A DNA stretch of 62,587 nt, the filler included, from Basidioascus undulatus (taxonomy: Eukaryota): NCBI GenBank assembly GCA_000826855.1. It is 6 parts of 6 records of this genome, joined end to end, with 100 filler letters (N's around TTAATTAATTAA, not from the genome) between each part and the next. Parts side by side here need not be neighbours in the genome. Positions count along the whole stretch, not along the records: positions 6,313 to 16,769 come from JTLS01001788.1; positions 16,870 to 23,075 come from JTLS01001789.1; positions 23,176 to 49,996 come from JTLS01000179.1; 3 more parts are not named here. The stretch is one strand, 5' to 3'. A program made the translations under genes and the position numbers. The notes beneath the pieces were generated by a model. It had not been told where the DNA came from and ran no database searches. It was given only the letters and a program-made list of their open reading frames with translations. Shown here one piece after another: positions 12,430 through 26,039 of this stretch. Each line of letters begins with the position of its first letter. Position 1 is the first letter of the stretch.

Positions 12430-14295
12430 CGGCTGCATGGACACCAATGCACTGGGGGGAGTGCATTGTCTCGTTGATCCCCAAGTCGTCCAGCACAGCC
12501 TTTACAGCGCACATCTCAAGACCTATCCCTCTTACCCTGATTAACCGCCCGCCTCTTTGAGATCGAGCTGAACCGCAAGCTCACACGCCTTAGGCACTCT
12601 GAGGGACACCGGGCAGTGCTCCACCCAGCACAGGCCAGCTTCCGGAAGGGCTTCTCCAGCCTGTGTGGATGCTGAGGCTCGGTGGGTTAAGAAGCGGTAG
12701 TATTTCTTGGATTTACAATAGCCGATGACTCGTCATGCACACAGGACATTGACCACATCCTTGCTATGCGAGGCACCCCGCTGGAGTTCTGCTCCATGGC
12801 TTGGGCTCTGGTAAGGCAGAGCCACAGCAAGCCTTGTTGTCAATAGGCAGCGCCTCCCTCCCTTCCAGCGGACCCATGGATTCACGGCCCTGACTCGCCC
12901 AACTGGTTCAATGTCTTATTGATCCTCTGGTACGCGCACCCAACTGCGAAGCCGATCTGGACTTTGTCCAGGATAGTCGCATCATGCTGTCCTCGTACTT
13001 TCTTGGGGATGACGGAGTGATCCTGACGCGAACATACGCAGAGACCACCCGGCTGTTGAAGCATTCAGAGACTGGGCAAATCAGAATGGCATGCAGCTCA
13101 ATGTCCGTAAGTGTGGCATTGTCTCTCGTGACTCTACAGAGCTCAACCTCTATGGCGAGCCCCTGCCTCATGTCACCTAAAATGACTATCTTGTGTCCCA
13201 TGCGGAGTCGGTGGGGTACACTCGCCAGGCTGGATGTGCAAGGCCACCGGCAAGATGGGCACAGCTGCGCTTTTCCAAAGTTCATGGGGGGAGGTGGACG
13301 TCGCGCACATGCCTCACCGTCTTCAAGTCCTTCATCTCGCCGCTGGTGGAGTACGCTGGCCCTTGGCATGGCTGTGGGCAAGGAACGTGATAGAGCGACA
13401 GCCACTGTTAGAGGATGCTCACCGCCTGTGGAGGGATGCCTTGACCTGGATTCTCCAAGGCCGCAAGCAAAAGGTCAAGATCACTGCCGCCATCACCGGA
13501 TGCCTCCCTCCCCAACAACGCCTCACTCACCTGGCGCTGGATCTCTTTGCACCTGCTCTCGTCCATGCCTCGAGTGCAAACCCACTGCACCATCTGTCAA
13601 GCCATCCTCCCCCCTTCCCTGAAGGGCTCATCCGACGACTCCTTGCCTTCTCTTGCACAAGACACCAAGAGGAACTCGGGTCGCTCGAGGTCCAGACCAA
13701 GATCCAGTCTTCCTTCACGGTCGTCAAGAGACATGGCTCCGTACTCTGGCAAACGTTGGCTCAATAGGACTCTACGTCCGTCGCACATCCTCTGCCGTTG
13801 ATCCCTCCCTTGCCCTCAGGCTTTTTGACGCACACGTCGGCCTCCGCTGGCGGCGCGGAAAGACTGGCCAAGGCCGCACCTGTCTCTGTGGACACCCCTT
13901 GCGCGGCACCCACCGCCTGCGTCCACTCCGCCTTCCAGTCTGCTCTCCCGCTACACATAGCGCTCCCAACTTCCCCTCCCGCATCCTCTCCCGGCATGAC
14001 TCACCTCGACCACCTCCTTAACACACCCAACCCAGCTCACTGACCAAGTCCTCCGCTCTGTCGGATCAACTCTCTCTCAAGCCTCAGAACAACTCTCATC
14101 CCCACATAGTCAAGTCTTCTCTCCCGTTGCCTAGTGCAAAGCTTGCCTCTGTGATTTTTGGTGCTGTACCAGTTCTGTCTTCCCACCTGTAGCTACTCCG
14201 CTTGTACTCCTCAGCAGTCACTAGCGGCGTCGCATGCAGAGCTCTTAACCCCAAACGGGAGGGCTCGCCATGCTGGACGCCACGTACAAAGAACA
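12430..14295 (+). mobile_element. Degenerate non-LTR (LINE-like) retrotransposon: RT relic plus 3' UTR
   Basis: Fragmented RT motifs in the expected order: LIPK...RPIPLT (~12475-12540), decayed PQGS (~12600), NGMQLNVRKCG (~13085), decayed DYLGVP (~13185), thumb LTVFKSFISPLVEYAG (~13315); many frameshifts; 3' hairpin and short A-rich tail. Confidence 0.75.
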
Positions 14296-14481
14296 GAATT
14301 TACAGGTCTTCGGCACGCGTCCACCGCCAGAGATAACTGTAACCGTGATTGTTTGTGCCATGCACCGGCGTGGACGTTCGAGTGGCCTTCTGCGGCAGTC
14401 AGGCCCAAGTCAGAACGCTCGAAGCGAGACGAACCGCTACTTTCATCCATCCATCCATCTCTTCCACCAAATCTCCATTCT

Positions 14482-16148
14482 TTACACTTGGCCGCGGTTC
14501 CGCGCCGCCTCCGCCTCTGAGCCCTTTTTCCGAAGCGAACCCTTTCGCTCCTTCTTCGCTTTGCCCCCGGGAACCGGCTCACCCTGTTCCCTGTGGGGTT
14601 CCCTGGGTGTTTCCTCCTCGTCGTCCTCGGACTCATCCGCCTCCCCCTCGTCGTATTGCCAATAGACGCCATAGCCCTCGCCTTTACCTTCCTGCGTGTC
14701 CTGGTACGCCTTTGATTCGGACATCTGGGCCTCATGCCAGGCTGCCGAAAGCAGTGTTAGCCAAGGCAGCGAAAAAGACTCGAACGGAAGTGAAGTGGCC
14801 GCGCCTGTCTTCAGAACGTCCTTTGTGAAACCCAAGATAGGGCGCGGATGGACTAGCGCCGGCGCGGTGAACATCTTCCAACACGTAGACGCGAAGGTGC
14901 TGAAGTGCGGGGTGAGTGGTACATGCCAAGCGCGGAGGAGGTCCTGTAGCACGTCTCAAGTGTCAAGCTTAAGACTCATGCCGACCTTCACGGCAGTGCG
15001 TGCACTCACAGCCTGGCTGGCGAAGATAAAGAAGATCATGAGCGGTACGATGCCGAACAAAAAGGTCGCGACCTTGTAGTCCTTGCGCCAGAGGTGCGAG
15101 GTTATGGCAAGGCTGAACTTGCACTTCAGAGGCTAACCCTATCTCCGATGGGATGGAGTTTGAAAGCCGCACCTGAACACTACCACTGCAAGACTGGACA
15201 CCGCCAAGACGCGACAGACGTAGGACCTCTCCATGTTGCCTTTGCGCCCGAAAGTTTTTGAGTCCCAAAAGTTATAGTAATAGGCGGTATAAACGGCCAG
15301 TATTAAGGTGATGAAGAGAAGAGACGAGCTGAAGACAACCGTGAAGTTTTGGCTGCAATATTTAGTGTCAATATGTTCGTCTCGCACTAAGACGACAGGT
15401 ACAATAAGGATTGCCATACATCTTGCGATTCTGTAAGACAAACGAGTAGTCCCCTTTCACCACTGTGTCGACCTTTTTCACAGCGTGCTGGTTGATTCCT
15501 CCGAGCTGGTGTCTCAGCAAGCTGATCCGACAGCACGCGCCGAGCAAAAAAAACAGAAGCACTGACTGTGAGCGCCGAGAGCAGTGTCGGCAGCGATACA
15601 ATCCACGGAAAAGTCACGACCTTCAGGGCGGCGTGATTATTCTCAGCCTGACTATCCGATACTTAAATGCCCTGCACATGGGGACGCACCGTCTTCATGG
15701 AGTCCACCTTTTTAATGAAGCGTCGCAAACGCTTGCTGCCGCTCTTGCCAGCTATTTCGCACCACATCTGTTGTCCAGATCATGCCTCTAAGCATCACAT
15801 TCATCCTCATCTCCCCTCCGCTGAAAAATAATCGCTCACCTTGAACACCAGCATAAGCGTCACAGCCGCCTGGAGCGGTAGACTCCACAGCCAGAACACG
15901 GCGCTCGTCACGCGGAGGCCGTTGCGTAGGTGCTCTTTGCCGGTGAGGCACCCGACGAAGTAGAGCAGCCCATTGACGACGGTGGTGAAGATCCAGATGC
16001 AGAGGAAGAAGTTCAGAGACTTGCACCGTACGACGTTGGCGTTCACGGTCAAGGTTACGAGGAGGAACGCGAGACTGAGCGAGCCTAGGAGTTGGAGGCC
16101 GTAATAGACGAGGAGATATGACAGTGGCGCGGGCTTGTCGACAGACAT
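14482..16148 (-). CDS. Seven-transmembrane (GPCR-like) protein of a basidiomycete family, 7 exons, acidic C-tail
   Basis: Exons splice in frame with GT-AG: YYGLQLLGSLSLAFLLVT, LNFFLCIWIFTTVVNGLLYF, VTFPWIVSLP, VVFSSSLLFITLILAVY, FLFGIVPLMIFFIFASQA|DLLRAW. Confidence 0.7.
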
Positions 16149-16769
16149 GATGAGTAGATGGGGTGCTCTGGAGGGCAAAAGAACAGCGAAGGTGTGAGAT
16201 TGAGGAGAAGGTGCGAGGTTGGCGAGCAGCGCGGCGGGCGCAACCTTGAAAGCTGAGTGTCGTCGTTGCTTTGGCAACTGACTGAACTTTCATGATGTGC
16301 ATGGGTACTCTCAAGCTCCAAACAAAGATAGTTACCGGCCCTTCATGAGGATTGGCACCTGTAATACTGTAGCTCAGGTTTTCTGGCACGATATTTGTAT
16401 CGCGGTTCGGATGGCAGACCCGAGGAAAACGCTTGCGTTTCAGCCTGCGCTCGAGGCTCGCCTGTCAACGTCCTCAACTAGCGAGGTGTTGGGTTGTTTA
16501 AGTTAGGCATAAACAGCTCTACATGCGACGCCCCTAGTGGGCAACAGGAGGGGTAGAGTACAGGAGCAAGAAGGGGCCAGGCCAGCACCAAAACCACGTG
16601 GGCGAAAGCTTTGCACCAGCAGGAGAAGACTAGACTATGTAGGGATGAGACGGTGTTTAGATGCGTGACGGAGGGTTCGAAGGTGCGGAGGATGGGACTG
16701 GCGGTGTGGAGTGCAGCGTTGAGGAGGCGGTCGATGAGGTTGATGCTGGGGATGGTGTGGTCGGTGTCG

Positions 16770-16869
16770 NNNNNNNNNNNNNNNNNNNNNNNNNNNNNNN
16801 NNNNNNNNNNNNNTTAATTAATTAANNNNNNNNNNNNNNNNNNNNNNNNNNNNNNNNNNNNNNNNNNNN
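16770..16869. other. Artificial contig linker
   Basis: N-TTAATTAATTAA-N. Confidence 0.98.
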
Positions 16870-17163
16870 CCCCCTCCCCCCCCTCCGCCCGCGCCGCCCG
16901 CACCTGGTACGTCGCCCCCCACTTCAACTGACTCAGCTTCCGCCGCGGATTTATGAGATATTGCGGTTCCAGCTGCCGCCGAAGACGAGGGCACGGTCGC
17001 GATTGCGCAGTACGACTACGACGCGGCGGAGGACAACGAGATCAGCTTTGCCGAGGGCGACAAGATCGTCCAGATCGAGGCGGTCAGCGATGACTGGTGG
17101 GAAGGAATAGCGGGCGGGCACAGGGGGTTGTTCCCTGCAAATTACGTCGCCCTCCAGGAGTGA
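16870..17163 (+). CDS. ABP1: C-terminal SH3 domain of an Abp1/drebrin-like protein (3' fragment)
   Basis: AIAQYDYDAAEDNEISFAEGDKIVQIEAVSDDWWEG...GLFPANYVALQE* after acceptor at 16972, preceded by a Pro-rich exon; ortholog identity inferred from the terminal SH3. Confidence 0.75.
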
Positions 17164-17915
17164 TGGACGGGAAGGTGTTGATGCTTCTTATATGTCCCTA
17201 AATGAACTACAGTAGCGTTAGTTTGATGAGGCACTTGAAAACACCACGAGAGCTCTCCACACCACGACAGCATGGCTTTCGGATGTTCGCTTCATGCCCG
17301 ACAAACAGAACAGGACTTCCATCTATTTGCAGACCAACGTAAACAACGTCATTTGGATGGGAGGAGCTGTTGAGACTAAGAAGGCCGATCGATCGTCGGG
17401 CGGTGGAGGCTAACCGATAACGAGCAATCGCGAGGAGCTTAGCCCAGCCTCCATCCGTTTGGATTTGCATCCTTGGCATCTCCAGATGTTCACATTATTG
17501 ATTCGATGCTCTGATGCACCATCCCAGGCTTTGTTTCATCCAAAGTATTCGTCGTGGATGCTTCGCTCACGCTCCGGGCCGTTCAGGCTGCCTCAGCTCA
17601 GGCTGTCGGGTAATTATTACGACATTGGACTTTATGAGCGGTACACTTGCGTTTTGAAGGAAAATGCAGCCGCTGGGTTTGGGACAGTCGTCTGGAGCGG
17701 GATAGCTGGACGTCGTTGAGGCCATGGATGGAGGCTCAACACGACGCATGCACCAGTCTGTAGACTGCCGTTCAATACTCGTCGGGAATCGTAAATATCG
17801 TGATGGGCGTGATCGTAAGAGTCATGATGGGATTACTAAATAGCGAGGGCTAAGAAGGGGGTATGGGTGTATGTGTCTGGTATGAGGAAACGCAAGCGTG
17901 CCACGGTCAGGGATC

Positions 17916-19005
17916 CTATACCGTCCGCCCGGCCGCCTTGCTTCGCAGCGACCGAAAGGGCATGGACGACATGGAAAGCCGCGGGCGTTTTGATGTTTTG
18001 GTTGAGAGCGGCGAAGGCTCTGATGCGACGGATACGGAGTAGGTGGAAGAAGCGGGGGAGCAGTCGACGGAGCCGCAGGGGGTGACGGGTGGGGATGGGT
18101 AGGACGGCGGCGGTGGCAGCGGGGAGAACGAGAAGAGGGAGGGCGTGCTGCACAGGAGCGCCGCCATCGCTTCGATATGCGGCGGTGTGATGACTACGTC
18201 ATGGCTAAGATGCGCAAAGAGCTCGCGCTCGGCTGGCGAGGAGAGAAGGGCACTGTGAGTGACATCGCCTACCTGGGAACGCAACGGAACGCTTACCGTT
18301 GTTGACTTCTTGTAGTGTGAAGAGGTTGCGGCTAACAACGACCCACTATAAGAAGATAGCACATGAGCCTCAACAGCGCTCTTCCCACCTTCGCACACCT
18401 CGAAAGTAGCACCGATGGCTTACAGATTTGTTGGCGAAGCAATCATCGCACAGAAACTGTGCCATGGAGTCAGTCTGAATGCCTGTCCACCAAATCGGAC
18501 GGACGTCTCACCTTTGATGCTATCATCATTGCAGCCAGGAAAAGACGATGTCCAGTACAAGCGCGTGCATGAGGACTACCCACCGGGGGCCGTGCTGCAT
18601 TAGCAGCGTGAAAGCGGAAAGGAACGCTGAAAGGGGTACGCACTATCGAATCTTTAGGCGACTGAGGAGCACCAGGGCGCCGTATGTCACAGCAGGAGTA
18701 AATTGTGTACGATACAAAGCATCTGCGACCCCAATCGTCAGACCGGTGCACACTGCCCCCCCACCCCTGCAATGTAACAAAACCGACTGCAACGTACAAC
18801 TGATGAACTCCACAAGCGGCGGGCTACCGTGGGCATCTCCACCCGACGGGCACGAGAACAGACTCGCAATGTGCGATGCAGCCATTTGCGCGAGCGAAGC
18901 AGAGTCGGAGGAGTATACAACGTCCTTGACGCAGCGGCGTCTTTTGCAGGAGACCGAAGAAGGTGGGCTGGGATACGACGATGGGCCGACGACGTAGTCT
19001 GCCAT
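17916..19005 (-). CDS. Pho85-type (Pcl/Clg1-like) cyclin, multi-exon
   Basis: Spliced cyclin box EFISYALYRTQ...ALVLLSRLKIRYPHARACTGHRLFLAAMMIASK|FLCDDCFANKS|WVVVSRNLFTLQEVNN|AERELFAHL; Ser/Pro-rich tail. Confidence 0.85.
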
Positions 19006-21362
19006 TTTTGTAGATTGGGGTATCGCGCTCGGAGGAATTAATGTAGTGAATTGTTGAGCCGAGAGAGAGAGCGGTGGTTGAGGAAGACTGAGTGGCTTGA
19101 CTTTTTCAAGTCTGTCCATGTCAACCGCGAAGCTTCCCAGGGACTCACGCATAGGAGCGTGCCGCGGGGACTTGCTGGCCCGGAGACCCTCAGGGGTGCA
19201 ACAACGTGAGGATTAGTTCCAGCAGCTTGGGCGCTCGGAGCCAGAGACACGCGGAGGGCCCGGGGCGGTGGGTCGGCAGGCTAAGCGAGACGAAGTGTTC
19301 AAAGCCGAGTTGGACTGAACGCTATGCGTGAAGTGCGGACCGTTGCACAGCGGTTGCATGGACATGCCGTGGCCGGCTACATATTACCGTCGCATGTGCT
19401 TTGATGACGACAGTTGCAGCACGATCAATCTCGCTGATACGCATCGGAAGCGCAGTTCGATCATGGCCGCGGAGGCTTGAGCAGTGCTTGAGCTGTCCAG
19501 CAGGGTTTGCTTCCCGGTTGCAAATACTAGGGTAGCTTCACACTGGCAGGTCACAATCATGCCGGTGCGCAGTTGCACCTTTCATGCACAATTTCTCAGA
19601 CTTGAAACAAATATCGTGATGATGCCGCGACAAGTTGTACGAAAGTGTGCGCGATCATTGCAGCCGCTGGCCCGACATGATCCCCTTCACCGTGTAAACC
19701 ATTCGTTGTACAAAGCCCATACACTTTAGAGATGCATCAGTACATATGCGTGCCCCACCCCTGATGGATGATTGAAGCGCAAGGTCCATCGTTCCTGAGT
19801 TATGCTAGTTGCCGTCACAAGTTCCGCAGGCATGCAGGCTGTCGCCTTAATGCTAAGGTTGAGACTTCGATGCGCTATCGCAAACAACGTTGGAAACGCT
19901 AATTGACCGGCAAAAAAGTCAAGCTGCTTAATGGAATGAGCATCCGTCGCAGTACGCGCGCTTGAGGAAGGATGCACACGAGGGCACAGGTACACACGCA
20001 CGCCAGTCACATCCACTCTGAGTAGTCTCATAGCTAACCCAAAAATGGGCGGCACAAACTCGAGGGTAACCAATAACATGTTACTGTCCAGCACCACAGC
20101 CGACGCTTCGACGTTGTGTTCACAGGCAAGCAAGGTGTGCCCTACCTCACACAAGCGAAAGCTCAAATTCATCACACCATCCTCTGGTGGTTAGCCAGAT
20201 ACTAGTGTGTAGCTAAGGTGTACTTTGACCCGAACTGTCTTGGGGTTCGCGTTGAAGCTGGGCCGTCCATCTTCCGTGTAAGCTGGTTGAAGCAAGAGGA
20301 AGTGTAGACACCCTGGTCCCCTAACGTCACCGGTGGCACATTTACTCAGAGCGCGGTTGAACCGTCAATATGTGCTGATTCGAACGCGAGATGACGGACG
20401 TTTTAGCACCAGCAAGACGGTGGCAGACCAGATTCTCAGTGCGATCGGTCAGCAGCACCTCCAAAGCACTTCCACGTTCTCTCCGAACGTTTGACACTGA
20501 GCCGGCAAACCCTTCATTCCATGTGCTTTGATAAGAAGTAGCTATCTATCGCGGTTTCCAACTCCCCGACGGATCGTGAAGTCTTGAAGTCTTGGTTAGG
20601 TCCTCCACGTGGCGCATCATGGCCCAGCAAACCTCCCGTGGAAGGAAGACCACCGGAGGTGGCGCAGCCAGGCGCTAAAAGGTCTCACACTACTGCAAAC
20701 CACTGCTTGTTTTTTTTTTAACTTGTTGCCCACCCATGAGAACCCCAACAGCTCACTGATGTGCCTTACATTTAATTATTGTTAGCGTCGGACACCCTTC
20801 GCGGACATCCGCAACGTACTTTCGAAGGACGCAGCATCCAGCATCAGCGCGCTTGCGACGCCGCGCGCAGCTACCACTCGACCGCCTTTCTGGAGTTGCC
20901 CGCGACTTCCGGTCAAAGACTCCATTCCACATGTGTCTATGAGCCGCCGTCACATGCGAGGCCTACGGTCTGATAGACGCCGAAGTAGTGCGTACCAGGC
21001 GCGACACTGCGCTCACGTTCCACGCAGTTCACAGACAACGCACACCTTTCATGAGCATGTGAGTTGCTGGAAGCCGGAAGATGCCCGGTCGAGCAGACCG
21101 ACTCGACTGGAAGGGTACCCAAGGCACGGCCGGGCAAGCAACAAGCATGTGCACCCAGCAAAGTCAAATGGGTTGAGGCATGAGCAAGCGTGGCATCGTG
21201 AGTGCAGGGGTTGCAATAGAGCGTGATACGTGTTCAGAGTCCAGAGCGAAATAAAGGCGACGAGGTATCTCAAAAGAAAGTAATGAAAGATGGATGGGAT
21301 GAAGATGTCGGAGGAAGCAAGAAAATACGGAGAGGCGGGGTTGAAAGATAGGAAATCCAGCT

Positions 21363-23075
21363 TCATCGAGGTACGCGCTTGTAGTACAGCTGAATGTCGC
21401 GGCGATGGAGGTAGAGTCAGCGCCTTCGCTTCTTCGAGCCGACACACAGAGAGGAGACGTACAAGGTAGCCCGAGCGCGACACGACATCCCGCTCGTCGC
21501 AGCGGGAGATCTTGCTGTCCGCAGCATTGTGCCACTCGCGCCCGCTGGACACGAACGCGGTGTCTTTGAAACATCCCATCAACGTAGTCAGCGCCATCCG
21601 CGTTTCAAGAGTAGCACTAGCAACTCACAGTGCCCGCTCCCCAAACTTCCGTAGTGATTCGTAACGCCGTAGAGGTCGTACCTGAACGAGCCAGTCTGCG
21701 CGCGGGGGTCGCTGTACGGGCTCGCTCCGCCGCCGCTGCTCGCGCCAGCCATGTATCCCGTGAGGTCGAGACCGCGGATGGGGTACTGGACGAGGGTCTC
21801 GATCTTGTCGGAGAAGGGGCCGTGGAAGGAGAAGCGCTTGAGCTGGATGAGGAGCACCGGCGGGAGGCGCGAGATCGTGAGCCGCTTGAGCGACTTGCGG
21901 CGCGCTTTGCAGCGCGGACAGTACCTGCGAGACGAGAAGCGCGACCAATATGTAACTACGCTGCGGTTGCAAAGAGAGAAGGGGGGTGAACGAAAAACAC
22001 ACCAAGCGTCGTCCTTGTCCATGATCTCGTCCTTCAGGAACGCATCGACGCACTGCGTGAGTGTGGTGGACTTGAAGCTCCGACCGGACGGGACAGGCAG
22101 GGAGAGGTACATGAATGAGTTGTAAGTGGTCGAAGTCTATCCCCCTCGGATGGCGTATCAGCTCCGACGCCCATGGCCGCTTTCGCCCGCTCCCACTACG
22201 CACCTTGTGGCACGTCAAGCACTCCATGCGATTCCGGAACTGGCCCTGGAACCAGTCCACGACGATGCTGTCGTTCTGCATCTTGTAGATGGCCCACTCC
22301 TTTTGGCCCGCGACGGCCGTTGGCAGGCGCTCGAGCGCCTCCTCGCGCTCGGGCGTCATCTCCACCGCGGGCGGCTTGTGCACGACCGCGTTAAGGTCCT
22401 CGTGCAGGCCATCGAGCAGGAACGAGAGGAACTCCTGCGCGTCGTGTTGGTCCGTGCCCTGGAACTGCGGCGCGAACGAGCAGATCGCTTTCTGTAACCG
22501 CCACGAGAAAGGACTAAGCAAGCGAAGGAGAGACGCCTGCGGAGAAAGAGCGGACGTACTCGGAAGGTCAGGGGAGAAATGAAGTTGAACTGCTCGCGCC
22601 ACATGGCGATGATGATCTGCGCGAAGCTATCCGCGAGCGCGCCCTTCGTGCCGAGCGGGTTGATAGGATTGACAGCTTTTCTCCAGACGCCGGCTGAAAC
22701 ACACAGCGGAAACGTCCATGTGAGCATTCGCTGTTCCCACGCTCGAATGAAGTGCTACCCTCTCCGACGTACCCGAAAAGAACCTCGCGAACGGAACCGT
22801 CGCGCTCAAACACTGCAGCGTCGAGTTCATGTAGCACGTGTTGCCCAGGTTCTTCAAGCCCGTCAGGCCCAGCGGATCGTCTCCCCAGTACTGGACCGTC
22901 CAGAGCGCGCGGCCGTCGCCTTCTGGCGCAGGCGGTGGCGGCGGCGGCTGGTACGCGCGTGCAGGCGCCGAAAGCGGGCTGGCCGCCGGCGGCGGCAGGC
23001 GAGGGGCGAGGGAGGGGTAGTCGACGGACAGGCGCGGCTGGTGCCCATACCCGGAGTAGAGCGGCTGCTGCTGGT
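21363..23075 (-). CDS. DOA4: Ubiquitin-specific protease, Doa4/Ubp4/USP8 type; C-terminal catalytic part, 5' end lost in gap
   Basis: Cys box [48 protein letters not shown], His box [21 protein letters not shown]; ends [10 protein letters not shown]. Confidence 0.88.
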
Positions 23076-23175
23076 NNNNNNNNNNNNNNNNNNNNNNNNN
23101 NNNNNNNNNNNNNNNNNNNTTAATTAATTAANNNNNNNNNNNNNNNNNNNNNNNNNNNNNNNNNNNNNNNNNNNN
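23076..23175. other. Artificial contig linker
   Basis: N-TTAATTAATTAA-N. Confidence 0.98.
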
Positions 23176-24752
23176 CTACAATTACAGCCAGTACGGCGCG
23201 AGGGGATGGGACCTTGTCCCGTGCGTCTTCCTTCTCCTCTCCTTCTCCTTCTCCTCCCTTCTGCCTTCATTTGTAAGGCTGTGAACTGAAACCCTTCTCG
23301 TTGCCCAGCCGCCTCCAACCTCGCCGTGCGCCGTGCTTTGAACCTCCCCTCCTTCGCCCGCTCCTCCTCCGCCCCCAACCCCACCGCAAACGCCTTCTCG
23401 TTTGGCGGCGCCCCCCCGCTCCCCTCGCCCTTCTCCGAAGGCGTGCCCGAAAATTCGCCCTTCGCAATCAACGGCGCCGCGCGCCGGGCGTCCGACAACG
23501 CCGCGGGCGCCGACAACGGGCCCGACCCGAGCAGCCTTTTTGCGAACGCAAGCCCGTTCGGAATCGCGCTGGCCGAGGGCGACATTTCCCCTGGTGCGGC
23601 CGCCCCTCGGCGCGACTCCGGCGCCGACGAGACGGAGGACGATGTTGGGTCTCTCCCCTCTCCCGGGCTCGCTCCGCAGTCGTACAACCTCGGTCGCCGC
23701 ACGTCCGTATCCGCCGAGTCGATCCAGCCGCACTCCTCCGGCGCCCCCAAGGTGGTCATCCCGAAAACCCCCTCCCAGCGCGCGCGGATCGAGTCCTCCC
23801 TCAGCGGGAACTTCCTCTTCCGGAACCTGGACGAGGAGCAGTACCTCGACGTCCTAAACGCGATGAAGGAGGTGCGGGTGCCCGAGGGCGAGTGGGTGAT
23901 CGAGCAGGGCGCAGTGGGCGACTTCTTCTACGTCGTCGAGACGGGCTCGCTCGACGTCTACACGCTCCTCGCCCCGGGGGCGGACGGTGCGGACGCCAGC
24001 GTGCCCCGGCCGCCCTCCGCCCCGGAGGGTGGAGAGCTCAAGAAAGTCCTCACCTACGGCCCGGCGGACTCGTTCGGCGAGCTCGCGCTAATGTACAACG
24101 CCCCCCGCGCCGCCAGCGTACTCGCCACGAGCCCATGCACGCTCTGGGCCGTCGACCGCCTCACGTTCCGGAGCATCCTCCTCGAGCACACTTCCGCCAA
24201 GAGGAAAATGTATGAAGGGTTCCTCGCGGAGGTCCCCCTCCTCGGCCGGCTCGAGCGCGACGAGCGTGCGAAGATCGCGGACGCCCTTGAGACCCGGACG
24301 TTCGCCCCGGGGCAGGAGGTTGTGAGGCAGGGGGAGCCAGGGAGGGAGTTCTTTATTATTGAAAGTGGGGAGGCGGAGGTCGTTAAGGGCGGGGAGAAGG
24401 TCGGGATTTTGAGGAAGGGGGACTACTTTGGAGGTGCGTTCATTCCTTTTCCTCCTCCCCCCCTCCCTTCCTTCTCCCCTTCCTCCCTCCTTCTTTCTTC
24501 CTCTGCTTTCCACTAACCATCCCCACCACAGAGCTCGCCCTCCTCAACTCCGCCCCTCGCGCAGCGACCGTCCGCGCCTCATCCCCTGCATCCCCTTCCT
24601 CCCCCTCCACCTTCTCCGACCCCTTCTCCGCCGGCGGGGGCGCGGGGGGCGCAGGCAAGCTCCGCGTCGCGACGCTCGGCGAGGCGGCGTTCACGCGCCT
24701 GCTTGGGCCCGTCGTGGACATTATGGCCAGGCACGCGGGGGAGGCTTATTGA
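23176..24752 (+). CDS. BCY1: cAMP-dependent protein kinase regulatory subunit, 5'-truncated
   Basis: Inhibitor site GRRTSVSAES; two cNMP domains SFGELALMYNAPRAASV and YFGELALLNSAPRAATV; FTRLLGP; stop TGA 24750-24752. Confidence 0.95.
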
Positions 24753-26039
24753 GCTCTTTCCGCCCCACCGTCCCCTCCCCTTTCCTTTCTTTCTGTCTGT
24801 TTGCGACGCCCCTCCCCATTGAACACTCTTGAAGACCCGAAGTCCAGAATGTCCACGCCGTAAATTTATTCCTCCCCCTCCCCCACTGCCCCATTGTTCC
24901 ATACCCCCTCCATATCCCCATCCCCCGGTCACGTTTCTGTCGTTTTTTTCTTGATTTTTGAGTTGGCCATGCTTGCTTTCCTCGTTTCGGTCTTGGTCTT
25001 GGTTCTGGTTCTGGTTCTGATTTCTTGGTATGGAGAGGGGCGAAGAGGGGAGGGGAAGAGGAGAAGAGAGAGAGGGGCAGGTGGTAAATTGTATTGTATG
25101 CTGAGCGCAGATGTGCGTGCGCTTGCCGGTTTGGACTCTGGCCCTGCGTCGAGTTGTGGATTCTTGAGGAAGATCGGATGTAAGGACGAAGTTTTGGGAA
25201 GACTGCAGGGAGAGGGTGGGGTATGGGGGCTGTTTGACGGGGTGTTTCGGTGGGTATGGCTCAAGGACTTGCTGAGTTCTGCGAGAGAGCACGGCATACG
25301 AGGGTTTTCGAAGGGCAAGAGCGCTCGATGGCACTTTAAGGGTGAGGTGAGAGTTTCGTGCTGTTCTAAACTGACTCGCCGGTCTCCCTCATTCATATAT
25401 TGTATTTGGTCCTTTCCACGTCATGTGTTTTCGTTTCCGGAGCCAGTCGCCATCCCACTTGATGTCCGAACTGCGCACATGTGCGGAAGATGATGATAAG
25501 CGTGGACCGCTGCTCTGAAGAGGTGCAGAAAGACTGCAAGGCCACACAGCGCTACGGCGCTCTTACGCGTTCTCGCACAAAACAGGGCTGCAGGTCCTTC
25601 GGTGTACCAGATTCTTTCAAGAGCAAGATGGAGTATAAGCTTAAGAAGAACGCATGGCTGGTGAGATGGTAAGTTTGAGTACTACACAGCGACTATGAAA
25701 GGCACTGAAAGTTGGCATAAGAATGTGCGGTTCAGTTATGTGGCGTGCATTGAATGAAGTTACAATTGTAAGGATTTACGGGTGATATCTACAGCTCGAT
25801 AGACATTTCTGGACGGAGTAAAGCGGAAAAGGGAAACGGCGCGTTATGAGAAACATGGAACCAGCCATGTGTGGGAGGGCTGAAACTAAGGAAGCAGGGG
25901 CATGAGGGGAGCGGTGAGGCGTGGCAAGGCCGGCTGAACTAGGAAGGTATCGCGAATGGTGGAAGGGCAGGAGATCACGACCTGCTGCCGACCCAACTGT
26001 CAACTTGAGTGTTCTAGATGAGAAGAACAAGAACATCCT

